Origin: Eledone cirrhosa
Taxonomy: Eukaryota
Direction of reading: 5' to 3'
Length of the DNA stretch: 64,000 nucleotides
Assembly (NCBI GenBank): GCA_964016885.1
Contig: OZ024764.1
Span: 19,778,001 to 19,842,000 of the forward strand
The notes below the pieces were generated by a model. It worked only from the letters and a program-made list of their open reading frames with translations, was not told the origin of the DNA and did no database searches. The stretch's first letter is position 1. Each line of letters opens with the position of its first letter. Position numbers and translations under genes: made by a program. This document shows, piece after piece, positions 1-11,719 of the stretch.

Positions 1-172
1 AAACTAACCAGCAGGAGACCCAGGGGTAGACTTGAGCAAGACGGTCACATAACATCCATGAGCTTGGCTGGTCTCTCTGGGAGATCCAGCCAGATCAGTT
101 GGAGTGGGTTGCTTCTGACAGGACCTGTTGAAGGGAGTGTTTGAGGACTCTGCCCCCAAGACCCTCTCTGGA
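1..172 (+). mobile_element. 3' fragment of an old RTE-clade LINE (longer copy at ~26290-26810)
   Basis: Degenerate C-terminal ORF2 motifs (RRPRGR..., LEWVASDRT...LPPRPS); the longer paralog includes QLQYYGHVVRMSEERI. Confidence 0.6.
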
Positions 173-484
173 ATGACTGGATTAATAAGAAGAGGTTGAG
201 GTTACATAATCAACATCAGATTTCCCTGCTAGCAAGGATTTAATGAGTCTACTTCAACCAAGTAAGTACTGAAGTGAGGCTACTGATCTCCCAGACAGAC
301 CAAGGATCTGAGACTTATTTACATAAGGTCTCATTTGCTACTGAGTGCACAGAAAAGGTTGTCATGTCTTTGTCATGATTGAAGGGTTCTCCGACACTAT
401 TGTCGGGCAAGCTTTCTATGGCTAGATGTCCTTCACATGACCAACCACATTACAGCCTGTGTTGGGTGTGTTTATCATGTAGGT

Positions 485-612
485 GAGGCATAACAAACTG
501 AGGGTTCCCCAAGGGCCACATAGGTCACGTGTTGTCTGAGGGTTGCACACTACAACTAATTATGTACACAACAACTAATTAAAGTCATTTAATAAAATAT
601 ATTGCAGAAAGA
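485..612 (-). mobile_element. Terminal ~128 bp stub of the hAT element, truncated by a CRE insertion
   Basis: ATGTAGGT target site at 477-484, followed by sequence matching 8331-8458, then an abrupt switch. Confidence 0.8.
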
Positions 613-1390
613 AACTTTATTCTGAAGAGAGCTTTGGCCCGGGCAAACATCCCCTCAGTCTTGGAACCATCTGGGTTGTCCAGAAGTGACGGCCTTACCC
701 TGTGCCCCTGGTCGAGAGGCCGGTGCTTAATCTGGGACGTCACTGTTAGTGACTCCTTTGCTCTTTCCCACATCCTTGATGCTGCGGTAAGGACGAGAGC
801 CACAGCTTCGGCAGCCGAGCTGAGTAAGACCCTCAAATACTCTGATCTGTCGGCCAGCTACATTTTTCAGCCTGTGGCTTTCGAGACGTTTGGGGGGGTC
901 GGGCCGCTGACTGCGAGGTTCCTTTCCTCACTGGCGGCTCGCCTTATAGAGGTAACTCGCGAAATCGTGAGGGCGTTTGGCTGTTGCAGCACTTCAGCCT
1001 CGCCATCACCCGAGGTAACACTGCCAGTGTGCTGGCTTGCCTCAAAACTCATTAGAGAGGTTTCCCAGTACCCCTTGTTGCTGTCTTTTGCTCTGGTGTT
1101 GGCTCCGTTGTCCACCCCTTCCTTTACATTTTCTTTAATATTGCAACATTGAAGGAATTTATCTTTCATTGTATCATCCTTTATAGTGTTACCGAGGCAT
1201 TTGTAATGTTATTTATATATTTAAAACATATTTCTTATGTTATTCTACTGTAAATTTATTTATATGTTCTGTTTATATTTTCATTCTGAAGGAACTTATC
1301 CACTTGTGTTGATATAAGTGATTCTATGACTTTCCTCTAAGCATTGTGTCATTATATATGTTATTATAGACGTGAATAAATTGAATTTAT
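613..1390 (+). mobile_element. 5'-truncated CRE-clade (restriction-like endonuclease) non-LTR retrotransposon
   Basis: ORF 634-1152 ARANIPSVLEPSGLSRSDG..PWSRGRCLIWDVTVSDS..KYSDL..FQPVAFETFG; after a frameshift REGVWLLQHFSLAITRGN; AT-rich 3' UTR ending near AATAAA 1375-1380. Confidence 0.75.
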
Positions 1391-1419
1391 AGTGTGATAA
1401 TAGGCCACACCTCACACCC

Positions 1420-1641
1420 TAGGGGTTAACTACACACTTTGAGGCAAGCCAACACACTGGCAGCATTACAACGGGTGATGGTGAGGCTAAGGTGCTGAAA
1501 TAACCAGGTACCCTCACGGGTATCACCTGACGCCTCAGTAAGGTAAGGCTAAGGTGCTGAGATAACCAGGTACTCTTACGGATATCACCTGACACCTCAG
1601 TAAGGTGAGGCTACGGTGCTGAAATAACCAGGTACCCTCAT
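1420..1641 (-). repeat. CRE 3' fragment expanded into a 62-bp tandem repeat (paralogs ~19545-19822, ~32030-32285, ~46750-47007)
   Basis: Unit AAGGTGAGGCTAAGGTGCTGAAATAACCAGGTACCCTCACGGGTATCACCTGACACCTCAGT; reverse strand reads TEVSGDTREGTWLFQHLSLT, matching the CRE at 940-1046. Confidence 0.8.
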
Positions 1642-2001
1642 GGAAACGACTAGATTTGTAGAAAAAGTAGGGTGAAAGTATACAAAGAGATGTAGTTTCA
1701 CAGATCTACTCACACCTCACGTTGGGTGAGAATAATTATTTTTCTTAGAATTCTTGCTATACCCCTTTTCCAGTATTTTTTCTCTGGACCCCTTAGATAC
1801 TTGCGATAGACGTTTTATTTCCCAGTATTAGGATTAGGGTTTCCGTTTTCAGGAAGAAAAGTCGATTGCAAACATCTAAGAGGTCGAGCAATAAAATTAA
1901 GGAAAGATAATTATTTCCCAGCCAACTGGAGAAGTGTGTAGCTCTTCTAAACTCCGATAATCCTGTCTCCCACTTCTTTATCTACAAATCTAGTCGTTTT
2001 C
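1642..2001. mobile_element. Palindromic MITE (~350 bp); paralogs 19823-20167, 32286-32642, 47008-47360
   Basis: TIR GGAAACGACTAGATTTGTAGA / TCTACAAATCTAGTCGTTTCC, with imperfect inverted symmetry continuing to the centre. Confidence 0.75.
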
Positions 2002-2004
2002 GGT

Positions 2005-2640
2005 TACTTTGTTCCCTGGGGTATGCCCTAGTATTTGACACCATCTGTCTCTCTTACTCCCTAACTAGCAAGAAGTCAATCTGTCTCATGTGTTCACCTG
2101 ATTGGTAGGTTATTAGGTGGTTGGTAGGTTTCTTGAAGTGTTGCAAATGGTTAGTTCACTTGCATCACAAAATACAAGAAGCCTCACTCCTTCATCGTTT
2201 CTTGAGCCATAACCATGACCACCACGTACCCCAGTATATCCATCCTGGAGCTGTCCAACATGACCATTGAAGTCCCCTGCTATTATAACTAGGTCTCTGT
2301 CATTGTGGTTATCTCTACTTATTCCTTTTCTACATATGGAGCAGGGCCAATTTCCTGAAGGTGTCAGGGTCTTCTCTCCTATCCATTACCACTTTAGTTT
2401 TGGCTAAGTATATTCTCAGAACTTACCATATCAAATTCTATATCTATAGCTGGTCATCTACATAGAGAAGTTTCCATAGACAGCCAGTCTTAAACCTCTC
2501 TGTTATGGCTTGGAGAACTATGATGAACAACAGTGTGCTAAGAACTAAACCATGATGAACTCCTACTTGTACCTTCAATTCCTCACTAAACACACTTTAC
2601 TGAAAGCTTCTCACAAGCCATTCTTCTACACCTAATTTCC
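2005..2640 (-). mobile_element. Degraded RTE LINE fragments (endonuclease part plus an older RT part)
   Basis: Reverse complement matches 58430-58740 and the GVHQGSVLSPLLF..KTGCPWELLY RT region. Confidence 0.75.
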
Positions 2641-2644
2641 TTAA

Positions 2645-2852
2645 CCCTTTAGTATATAAACTGGCCATATCTGGCCAGAATTGTCTCATATCTTTCTGTT
2701 CAAACTGGCCGTAACTGGTCACTTATACTTATGTTAAGGTATTGTTCTCCAAATAAGTAACATCAAAATCTCATAGATTTGATATTATGTGAGATAAAGC
2801 ATTTACTGTGAAAATATAATAGTAAATATAGAGTAATGTGAATACTAAAGGG
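2645..2852. mobile_element. piggyBac-type MITE; paralogs 36440-36628 and 51396-51603
   Basis: TTAA-CCCTTTAGTAT ... ATACTAAAGGG-TTAA: TTAA duplication with CCC/GGG termini. Confidence 0.85.
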
Positions 2853-2854
2853 TT

Positions 2855-3500
2855 AATCTGATATCACTAATAACTACTTTTATCTGTCAGTATAATCTAA
2901 TGTCACTAATAACTACTTTTATCAGTCAGTTTAATCTAATGTCACTAATAACTACTTTTATCAGTCAGTATAATCTAATGTCACTAATAACTACTTTTAT
3001 CAGTCAGTTTAATCTAATGTCACTATTAACTACTTTTATCAGTCAGTATAATCTACTGTCACTAATAACTACTTTTATCAGTCAGTATAATCTAATGTCA
3101 CTAATAACTACTTTTATCAGTCAGTATAATCTACTGCCACTAATAACTACTTTTATCAGTCAGTTTAATCTACTGTCACTAATAACTACTTTTATCAGTC
3201 AGTTTAATCTACTGCCACTAATAACTACTTTTATCAGTCAGTATAATCTACTGCCACTAATAACTACTTTTATCAGTCAGTTTAATCTACTGTCACTAAT
3301 AACTACTTTTATCAGTCAGTTTAATCTAATGTCACTAATAACTACTTTTATCAGTCAGTATAATCTACTGTCACTAATAACTACTTTTATCAGTCAGTAT
3401 AATCTAATGCCACTAGTAACTACTTTTATCAGTCAGTATAATCTACTGTCACTAATAACTACTTTTATCAGTCAGTATAATCTACTGCCACTAATAACTA
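2855..3500 (+). repeat. 39-bp minisatellite, ~16.5 copies
   Basis: Unit AATCTAATGTCACTAATAACTACTTTTATCAGTCAGT(A/T)T. Confidence 0.97.
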
Positions 3501-4358
3501 ACCTATGTTAGTCAGCACATTCTTCACCAAGGAAGGCCTTAGTATTTATTACAGTCCATTTATCAATATAGAAATATTATATGAAATTTGTACTGATGTA
3601 TTACAAGTTTCTGAGTATCTTATAATGTTCTTTTATTATTTCAGAATACCAGAGGACATTGGCATTAAAGAGCACGTTACATCAGACATATCCTCAATAT
3701 TAACCATTTCTAATGGAAGACACTACCCATCATTTTCAAATAATTTTGAAAACACTCAACACTTTGAAGGGATTTTGTAATATAACTAAAGTTCTCAGTA
3801 TTAAGCTGCTATTTGGAACATAACTTTGCACAATTTCATGAAGTTACAATGGAAAGTTTTTAGATAAATATAAAGACTGGTATGAAAAGAATAAAACACT
3901 TTTATATCAGTTGTTTCATCAACACCATTATTTAAAGACTAAAGGAAGCTGTTATACAGAACAGATACAACCTTGTTTATATAAATCTATGGGAGAAATA
4001 CTGAAAATATTCTTTGTAAGATCTTCATATATTGACAAAGATGATAGTAGATGGAACTACAGGAGTAGAAATATTTCCATTATTACAGGAATAACTAATC
4101 AAATAAAAACCAGAAAAATTAGATTCTTCATTGTCTGGAATATGTACAAGATGATTTTATATGTATATAAAACTTGAAGAGATCTACAAAACAGTTTGTA
4201 TCATCTTAAAATATAAAGAAAGACCAAAGTTGATAGAAATATATCTGGAGGAATTTGTTTTAGGAATAATATTATAAACATAAAGAAGAAAAATATCCAT
4301 ATATTGCGAGGAGAAAAATATTAAAATTGTGAATTATGTGAAAAACTGAGGTGATTGA

Positions 4359-5148
<790 letters not shown>

Positions 5149-5559
5149 CTGTATCAATATCAAACTCATTACATCATACTACAACAACAACAACAAATGT
5201 GTAGATCCATCATCCTTGCTAAAACTGGGGTCAACCTTGTAGGTTTTACCTAGGACAGGCATCATAAACACCAGGTTTCCATTTTTGAAGCCGTGTTTGA
5301 AGATTTTGTGTAAATTGAAGTTTTTCACATTAAACTTTGATTTATTATACTTTAACAGGTAAGATATATATTTGTATTTTTAGTAAAGGTTGGGAACTTC
5401 TGTAATTTAAACCTGCCAATAAAATGAAAACTTTTGTTGTTGTTAGTCAGACATTGATATTAATTCTATTGTCCTGTACATTGTCTCAAATATCACAGAT
5501 TAAACAGATTTTAACAATAACAACAGAAATCAATAACTTGTAAGCCTAATATCTAGCTT

Positions 5560-6450
5560 CCATTTTAACTATTTGATATTGTTATTCCCCTCCTGTCTCT
5601 TCAGGTCTTTTAGATTTCAACTTCTATCTACTGTACTATTCCATCACCAAGGCAACATTCATCTAGCCTGGCAGCTTACATCAACTACAAATCTCATCAG
5701 TGGTTCACAACAGGCTGTCTGAAAGAAACTTCCAGATATCTTCTATGTCATAGCTATCAATCTCCTCCTCCTTATCATATGTATCATGTAGAACATCTCT
5801 GAATTTATATTTAACAGGGAGCTCTTTTACTGTCCCTACCCTTTTCTTTAGGTTGTCTTGTACCTCTCTCACAGTCCCTCTATATCTAATATTTAACAGG
5901 GAGATCTTTTACTATCCCTACCCTTTTCTCTAGGTTGTTTTTACCTCTCTCACAGTCCGTCTATATCTTATATTTAACAGGGAGATCTTTTACTGTCCCT
6001 ACCTTTTTCTCTAGGTTTTCTTGTACCTGTCTCACAGTGCCTGTAGATCTTATATTTAACAGGGAGATCTTTTACTATCCCTACCCTTTTCTCTAGGTGG
6101 TGTTGTACCTCTCTCACAGTCCCTCTAGATCTTATATTTAACAGGGAGATCTTTTACTATCCCTACCCTTTTCTCTAGGTTGTCTTTTACCTCTCACAGT
6201 CCCTCTAGATCTTATATTTAACAGGGAGATCTTTTACTCTCCAACCCTTCTATCTCCAGATAGTCTTGTATCTGTCAGTCCCTCTAGATCTTACACCTAG
6301 TATCTAGTCTATGTTGAGTGGTACGTCCTTCTCCAGTAAAGGAGTTAATATTCCCAACCATCTGTCTATCCTGTTTTCTGATGAGAATGAAGTCAATCTA
6401 GTTTATCTCTTCACCTGATTGAAGTAACTAGATCAAGTAACTAGATGTTT
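5560..6450 (-). mobile_element. Old RTE LINE fragment containing an 82-bp tandem expansion
   Basis: Reverse strand reads IDFILIRKQDRQMV..TGEGRTTQHRL..KDLPVKYKFRDVLHDTYDKEEE, homologous to ORF 58429-59232. Confidence 0.75.
5803..6240. repeat. 82-bp minisatellite, ~5-6 copies (paralogs ~23838-24275, ~55552-55893; deleted after ZNF3)
   Basis: AACAGGGAG recurs at 5813, 5895, 5976, 6058, 6140, 6220. Confidence 0.92.
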
Positions 6451-6583
6451 TCCTGTAAGTTAGTGTTGCAGTGTTCGTGTCACCATGTAAGGTTTATATC
6501 TATTAATATAGAGATGTAGTAAAGTTTTCACTGTTGTATCTCTACTTTCTAAATATCTTAATAATGTTTCTCTACTATTTCAG

Positions 6584-7025
6584 AATATCACATGACCTTG
6601 ACAGAAAAGAGTCTTTTAAAGACAACAGAAAGATGTTACATACAAGTGATATAAACTTGTTTAGTCTGTGGTGAATTATGGTGAAATATTTCTTCTGAAT
6701 TGAGATAAATAACAACATTTTCCTTTTTCACTGTCTGGAATATTTACAAGATGATTTTACATTCTGATTAAACTTTAGATATTTACAAAGGAGTTTTCAA
6801 AATATTTGGATATTGACAAAGATCACATTTGGTATAATTATGAACATTAGAAATATTTACATCAACATAGGAATATTTTCCAGAAGAGATGGGAAAATCA
6901 TTATACCACTGTAATATTTGTGGTAAAGTATTCTCTCTTCTTTATATGTAGAACATCTAACTAAACACTTTAACTAACAAACTATTGTGCTATAGAATTG
7001 ACAAACTTGAAGAATGTTTAATAAA
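6584..7025 (+). pseudogene. Vestigial paralog of the ZNF exon with one decayed finger (paralogs ~24616-25056, ~40028-40470, ~56238-56675)
   Basis: Acceptor TTTCTAAATATCTTAATAATGTTTCTCTACTATTTCAG|AATATC mirrors TTTCTGAGTATCTTATAATGTTCTTTTATTATTTCAG|AATACC; shared CTGTCTGGAATAT..ACAAGATGATTTTA motif; 6889- reads MGKSLYHCNICGKVFS; AATAAA ~7020. Confidence 0.75.
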
Positions 7026-7079
7026 TGTTACAGATTTCTCCAAACTGTCGTTTACTAACTTTAATTTGAAGCTATATTA

Positions 7080-7418
7080 TCTATATATTACTAAAACTCT
7101 GTGATTGTGTCTTGTCTGTAATTTAATACAGCTAAAACGGTGCATAATGGGGAAATACTTTGAAAAGAATAAAACAAGTTTTGTATAAATTGTAGCACAG
7201 GTTCCCAAGATACGGGGTTTTCTGGGTACCTTGATAAATATAGCGAGAGAAAGAGATAGTGGTTGTGAGAGAGAGGGAGCTGGTGGTGTTGTTTAATAAA
7301 ATATGTGTATAGATATATATATGTATGTGTATATTTTAACTATTTAAAAATTATTTTAAAATGACTTTTAAAAAATAGTTTTAAGGGAACGTGACCCAAC
7401 AGGTCCCGGGTGGTCTAG
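7080..7418 (+). mobile_element. Non-autonomous Helitron-like element (paralogs 25111-25457, 40524-40893, 56730-57102)
   Basis: A|TC 5' end, CTAG|T 3' end, subterminal hairpin GTGACC-caaca-GGTC, internal (TA)/(GA) microsatellites. Confidence 0.65.
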
Positions 7419-7604
7419 TTTGTTACTAAATACTAGATATTAGAGGGTCATGTTGTTCTAGATGTGCTGGAAGAGCCATTCCATCTCGTGAGGCTCACAC
7501 CAGCAGCTAGCCACCTCAGCACCTATGGTGGTATATTTATTATATTATTTATTCTTTATCATTAACATTAATATAAAAGATAATTATATATTTTTAGAGC
7601 AGAA

Positions 7605-7895
7605 CCTTTTTGTTGTGACACCTACAGAACCACTTTACAATGTAGACTGGGTACTTTTTGTTGTGACACCTACATGACCACTTTACAGTTTGCACTGGGT
7701 GCTTTTTGCTGTGACACCTACATGACCACTTTATAGTGTGGACTGGGTTCTTTTTGTTGTCACCTACATGACCACTTTACAGTGTGGGCTGGGTACTTTT
7801 TGTCGTAACATCTACATGACCACCTTATAATGTTGACTGTGTGTTCTTTACAGTGTGGGTTGGGTGCTTTTTGTCATATCTCCTATATGACCACC
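7605..7895. repeat. ~48-bp minisatellite (paralogs ~26050-26285, ~41080-41370, ~57705-58015)
   Basis: Unit ACCACTTTACAGTGTGG(A/G)CTGGGT(A/G)CTTTTTGTTGTGACACCTACATG; resembles the RTE 3' UTR sequence at ~13060-13110. Confidence 0.88.
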
Positions 7896-8330
7896 TTAAG
7901 ATGGTCACATAACATCCATGAGCTTGGCTGGTCTCTCTGGGAGATCCAGCCAGATCAGTTGGAGTGGGTTGCTTCTGACGGGACCTTTTGGTGGGAGTGT
8001 TTGAGGTCTCTGCCCCCAAGACCCTCTCTGGAATAAGTGGGTTAATAAGAATAGGTTGAGGTTACATAATCAACATCAGATTTCCCTGCTAGCAAGGGTT
8101 TAATGAGTCTACTTCAACCAAGTAAGTACTGAAGAGAGGCTACTGATCTCCCAGACAGACCAAGGATCTGAGACTTATTTACATAAGGTCTCATTTGCTA
8201 CTGAGTGCACAGAAAAGGTTATGATTGAAGGGTTCTCCGACACTATTGTCGGGCAAGCTTTCTATGGCTAGATGTCCTTCACATGACCAACCACATTACA
8301 GCCTGTGTTGGGTGTGTTTATCATGTAGGT

Positions 8331-10376
8331 GAGACATAACAAATTGAGGGTTCCCCAAGGGCCACATAGGTTACATGTGTTGTCTGAGGGTTGCACACTA
8401 CAACTAATTATGTACACGACAACTAATTTGTCATTTAATTAAATATATTGCAGAAAGATTTGTTACTTAAATTTAGAAACATACAATGTACATACAAATG
8501 TTTTAGCAGCATTCATGAATACAAAGTAATGAAGTAGTTTGATAAAAAACTAAAATTTAACATGTCAACATATACTTGCAGATTGTAACAGCAACAAATA
8601 CATTGTACACACATAACAACTGTTGAAAACTGAACATTTATTTGCTACTATTCAACCATTTTTAGTGTTTTGTCCTGAGGCTTGTCACTTCTTCCTGTTG
8701 ACAATTTTTGGTCTGTCTGGCTGAAATGTCTGTACAGTTTCAACTTTAATCAGAAATGTCAAGTGTTGATCTGTCAGCCTTGTCCTCTGAGAATTTTTTG
8801 TTAAGCTAAGTACAGACTCAGTATGGGCAGTGATTTTCAGCTCTTTGCACATAAGAAAATGAATTAAATTTTCATCTGACAACGGAGACTTCCATAAGCT
8901 AAGTTTTCTAATGAAGAACTTGATGTCATCATACAACTGAGTGATGGGTTTGTTTTTACCTTGTAATTTCAAATTAAGATCAGTTAATTGTGCAGTAATA
9001 TCCACAAAAGAATCCTGATGTTGGAGCCAACTTTCATCTTTTATTTCATCTGTGTTTTGACCTTTCATCTCCAAAAACATAATTATTTCAACAAATAGAA
9101 TCTTTTCAGCACTTTGTGACATGTCAACCAGCAGACTTCTGTGTAGAATGGAACATCGGTGAACTGATTATCCATATCTTCCAACAACTGGCTGAACTGA
9201 CGGTGGTTGAGAGCACGGCCTCTGATTTAGTTCACTGTCTTTGTGACCAAGCTAAGCACATGATGCAATTTTAAAATCTTTGAACATAAATTTTGCTGAT
9301 GAATAATACAGTGAAAATGTGCAAATGATGAATCTAGATATGAGTTTTCTATTTTTGTTTGTAACTTGGCAGCAACACCATTATGTCTACCAACCATATT
9401 TGCAGCACTGTCAGTAGATAAACATGCAAGTTTACTCAGATCAAAACCATGCAGACACTGTTTGACCTTCTCAAAGATGTCCTTGCTTGTTATAGTGTCA
9501 TGCATGGGGACCAGTTCAATCAGTTCTTCATAAATATTAAATTCACTGTCACAGGCCCTGATGAAGAATGCAAGCTGTACTATTCCAGTGATGTCAACAG
9601 TCTCTTCAATAGCAATAGAAACATGTTCAAACCTTGATGATACAGACTTTAACTGTTGTTTCAGATCACCTGACATTTCATTAATCTGTTCAGCAACAGT
9701 GTTCCTGGTTAATGAAATGTCTTTGAATAACTGTGCTTTCTCTGGACAATTTCAGCTGTTTTCACAAGACATTGCTTTACAAAATCTCCTTCACTGTAAG
9801 ATTTCCCACTCATGGCAATCATTCGACTGAGTTCATAGCTTTCAGTAACGGAAGTGACATTCTCTTCCTGAATTAACATAAAACAGGTCTGTTGCTGTGT
9901 CAAGTTAGACTTCAATTCCTTGAGTCTTGAAACACACATTGGGCCTTAATATTTATCGTAAGATCGAGGGTTTGTTACATAATGTCTTTTTAAATTGTAC
10001 TCTTTTGGCGTGGAGATGTAGTTGTTGCAAATTAAACAGTGTATCTTTCTATTCACCATTGGGCAAAAATACTGTAATTCCCACTTTTCTTGAAACACTT
10101 GCCCTTCTTCGTTCAATTTCCTTTTTCTCTTAGCTGGAGGAGCACTAACCATTTCAAAAACAAAATCATTTGAAATTTTGAAAGAAAGTTTTCTGTTAAT
10201 GAGCTGCACGTGATTAATGGAAGTTAAAAGTAGTTGACAAAAATTGCACCAAAAAAAATAATTGTATCGAAAATGTTTTAAATTTTATATTACGAAAATG
10301 AAACATGCTCGCACTGTAAAAACCTTTGTGTGGGCCGCAGCTTTGCTTGCAAAGGGCCGCATGTTTGACATGTCTG
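8331..10376 (-). mobile_element. hAT DNA transposon fossil (GTF2IRD2/SPIN/Charlie-like transposase, frameshifted and internally deleted)
   Basis: 8-bp TSD ATGTAGGT at 8323-8330 and 10377-10384; imperfect TIR CAGACATGTCAAAC / GAGACATAACAAA; motifs CLICN..KEYNLKRHY, EETVDI..QLAFFIR, TDSAANM, HCIIHQ. Confidence 0.92.
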
Positions 10377-10499
10377 ATGTAGGTTACCAACACTAGGGAG
10401 GGAAGCATGTCCATCAGTGTCTTCTGATACATTAACTACCAGGAGGTCACCACATGAGACAAAGACTACATTTCAAAGAAGGGTCACAAAAGAACTAAA

Positions 10500-10880
10500 T
10501 ACGAAAGTCCTCACAGCAAAAAGCAGAAGTGCTGTGCCCTGTGGATAAGACTGCAAAAGTATTCGCCCCGGACGATGGACAGTGACACCCACTGCAACAG
10601 CCACTCCAACCTCATGGGACTCCCTCTTCAGAAGGGCCACCAACGTACAGAGGAGCTTGGCAGTACGGGGTCCAAGTACTTCTGAGGTCTCGATGGTGAC
10701 CGGTGTGAAGAGACCTACAATTGATGTCATCCCAGTTATGTTGGACTGTAATATACTGGGGTATAGAGAGGCCTTAACCTGTCACAGCCGAGCCACCCTG
10801 GGTTGTGTCATCTAGGTACCAGACAGGTGTAACTAGACCATGTTGTCAACTGTCACCACCAATAGGAGTGAGGCGAGTGG
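10500..10880 (-). mobile_element. Degraded CRE-clade LINE 3' fragment (paralogs ~16450-16825, ~29330-29695, ~43990-44355)
   Basis: Reverse-strand FTPVTIETSEVLGPRTAKLL resembles FQPVAFETFGGVGPLTARFL of the 634 ORF. Confidence 0.55.
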
Positions 10881-11464
10881 GTCTCCCTGCGAGACACCAT
10901 ATATAAAAACGTATTTGCTAATTACTTCAATGAATAATTTGTTTCATACGTAATTATTACTTTTAACACAATAGGATTTTGTACACGGGTTTGTTTGAAA
11001 ACATCTTTCAAAGAAGTATGAGACAGTCTTTTGCAGTCTTCTGGAGTTGCGACCGATAGATAGTATTAGCAATTGGAAAGACCAATGGAAACATTGTTTC
11101 CTCGGTCCGATTTGACTAAAAGTCGATCGTAAAAAAAAAATATATATTTATATATAGAGAGAGAGATAGAGAAACACAAACGTACACTACTGTAAAACAT
11201 ATGTAAGGGGAGACAACTCTTGTTACATCCCCCCTTCTTTTGGATATACGTGCTTTATATGTTTTGTACAATGAACTCTGCTTTATTTTGTGTCCTAAGT
11301 AGATTTCTGTTTAAGTATTTACGAGATTCACAATGATTCACGGAACCAAGTTACTTACATTGAGATATATTTCACATAGAATCACAACAAATGAAAATAT
11401 TAAGTCAAATGAAAATATTAAGTCAACACTCTGTCAATCAGTCTCACATCACATGGGGTGCCTC

Positions 11465-11635
11465 TAATACTTTCTGAGACAGTCTCACCTCGAGTGATAG
11501 CAAGGCTAAGATGTTGGAACTACCAAACACCCTCATATGTATCACCTGACACCTCGGTAAGGAGAGCTGCCAACGATAACAAGAACCTCGTTGTCAAGGA
11601 CCTATCTCCTCCAAACTTCTCCAACACCACAGACT
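11465..11635 (-). mobile_element. CRE 3' fragment (paralogs ~17610-17780, ~30490-30657, ~44925-45093, ~63170-63340)
   Basis: Reverse strand GPLTTRFLLSLAALLTEVSGDTYEGVW*FQHLSLAITRG. Confidence 0.75.
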
Positions 11636-11719
11636 AGAAAATTCTACTCTTTATTCCCTATCAAATATATTTCAGTCTAGTCATTTATCTTGTATCTTGT
11701 ATATGTATTTTCAAAACTA

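Noticed and set aside
2855-3500. CRISPR-like appearance of the regular repeats
   Set aside because: Head-to-tail units with no unique spacers, no cas genes, eukaryotic context
3505-3780. Conserved ~90-aa ORF MLVSTFFTKEG... in three units
   Set aside because: Spans the intron/exon boundary, is disrupted in unit 2, and its conservation is explained by recent duplication
9227-10209. Domesticated GTF2IRD2/EPM2AIP1-like gene
   Set aside because: TIRs and TSD still present, several shared frameshifts, internal deletion, first catalytic Asp altered
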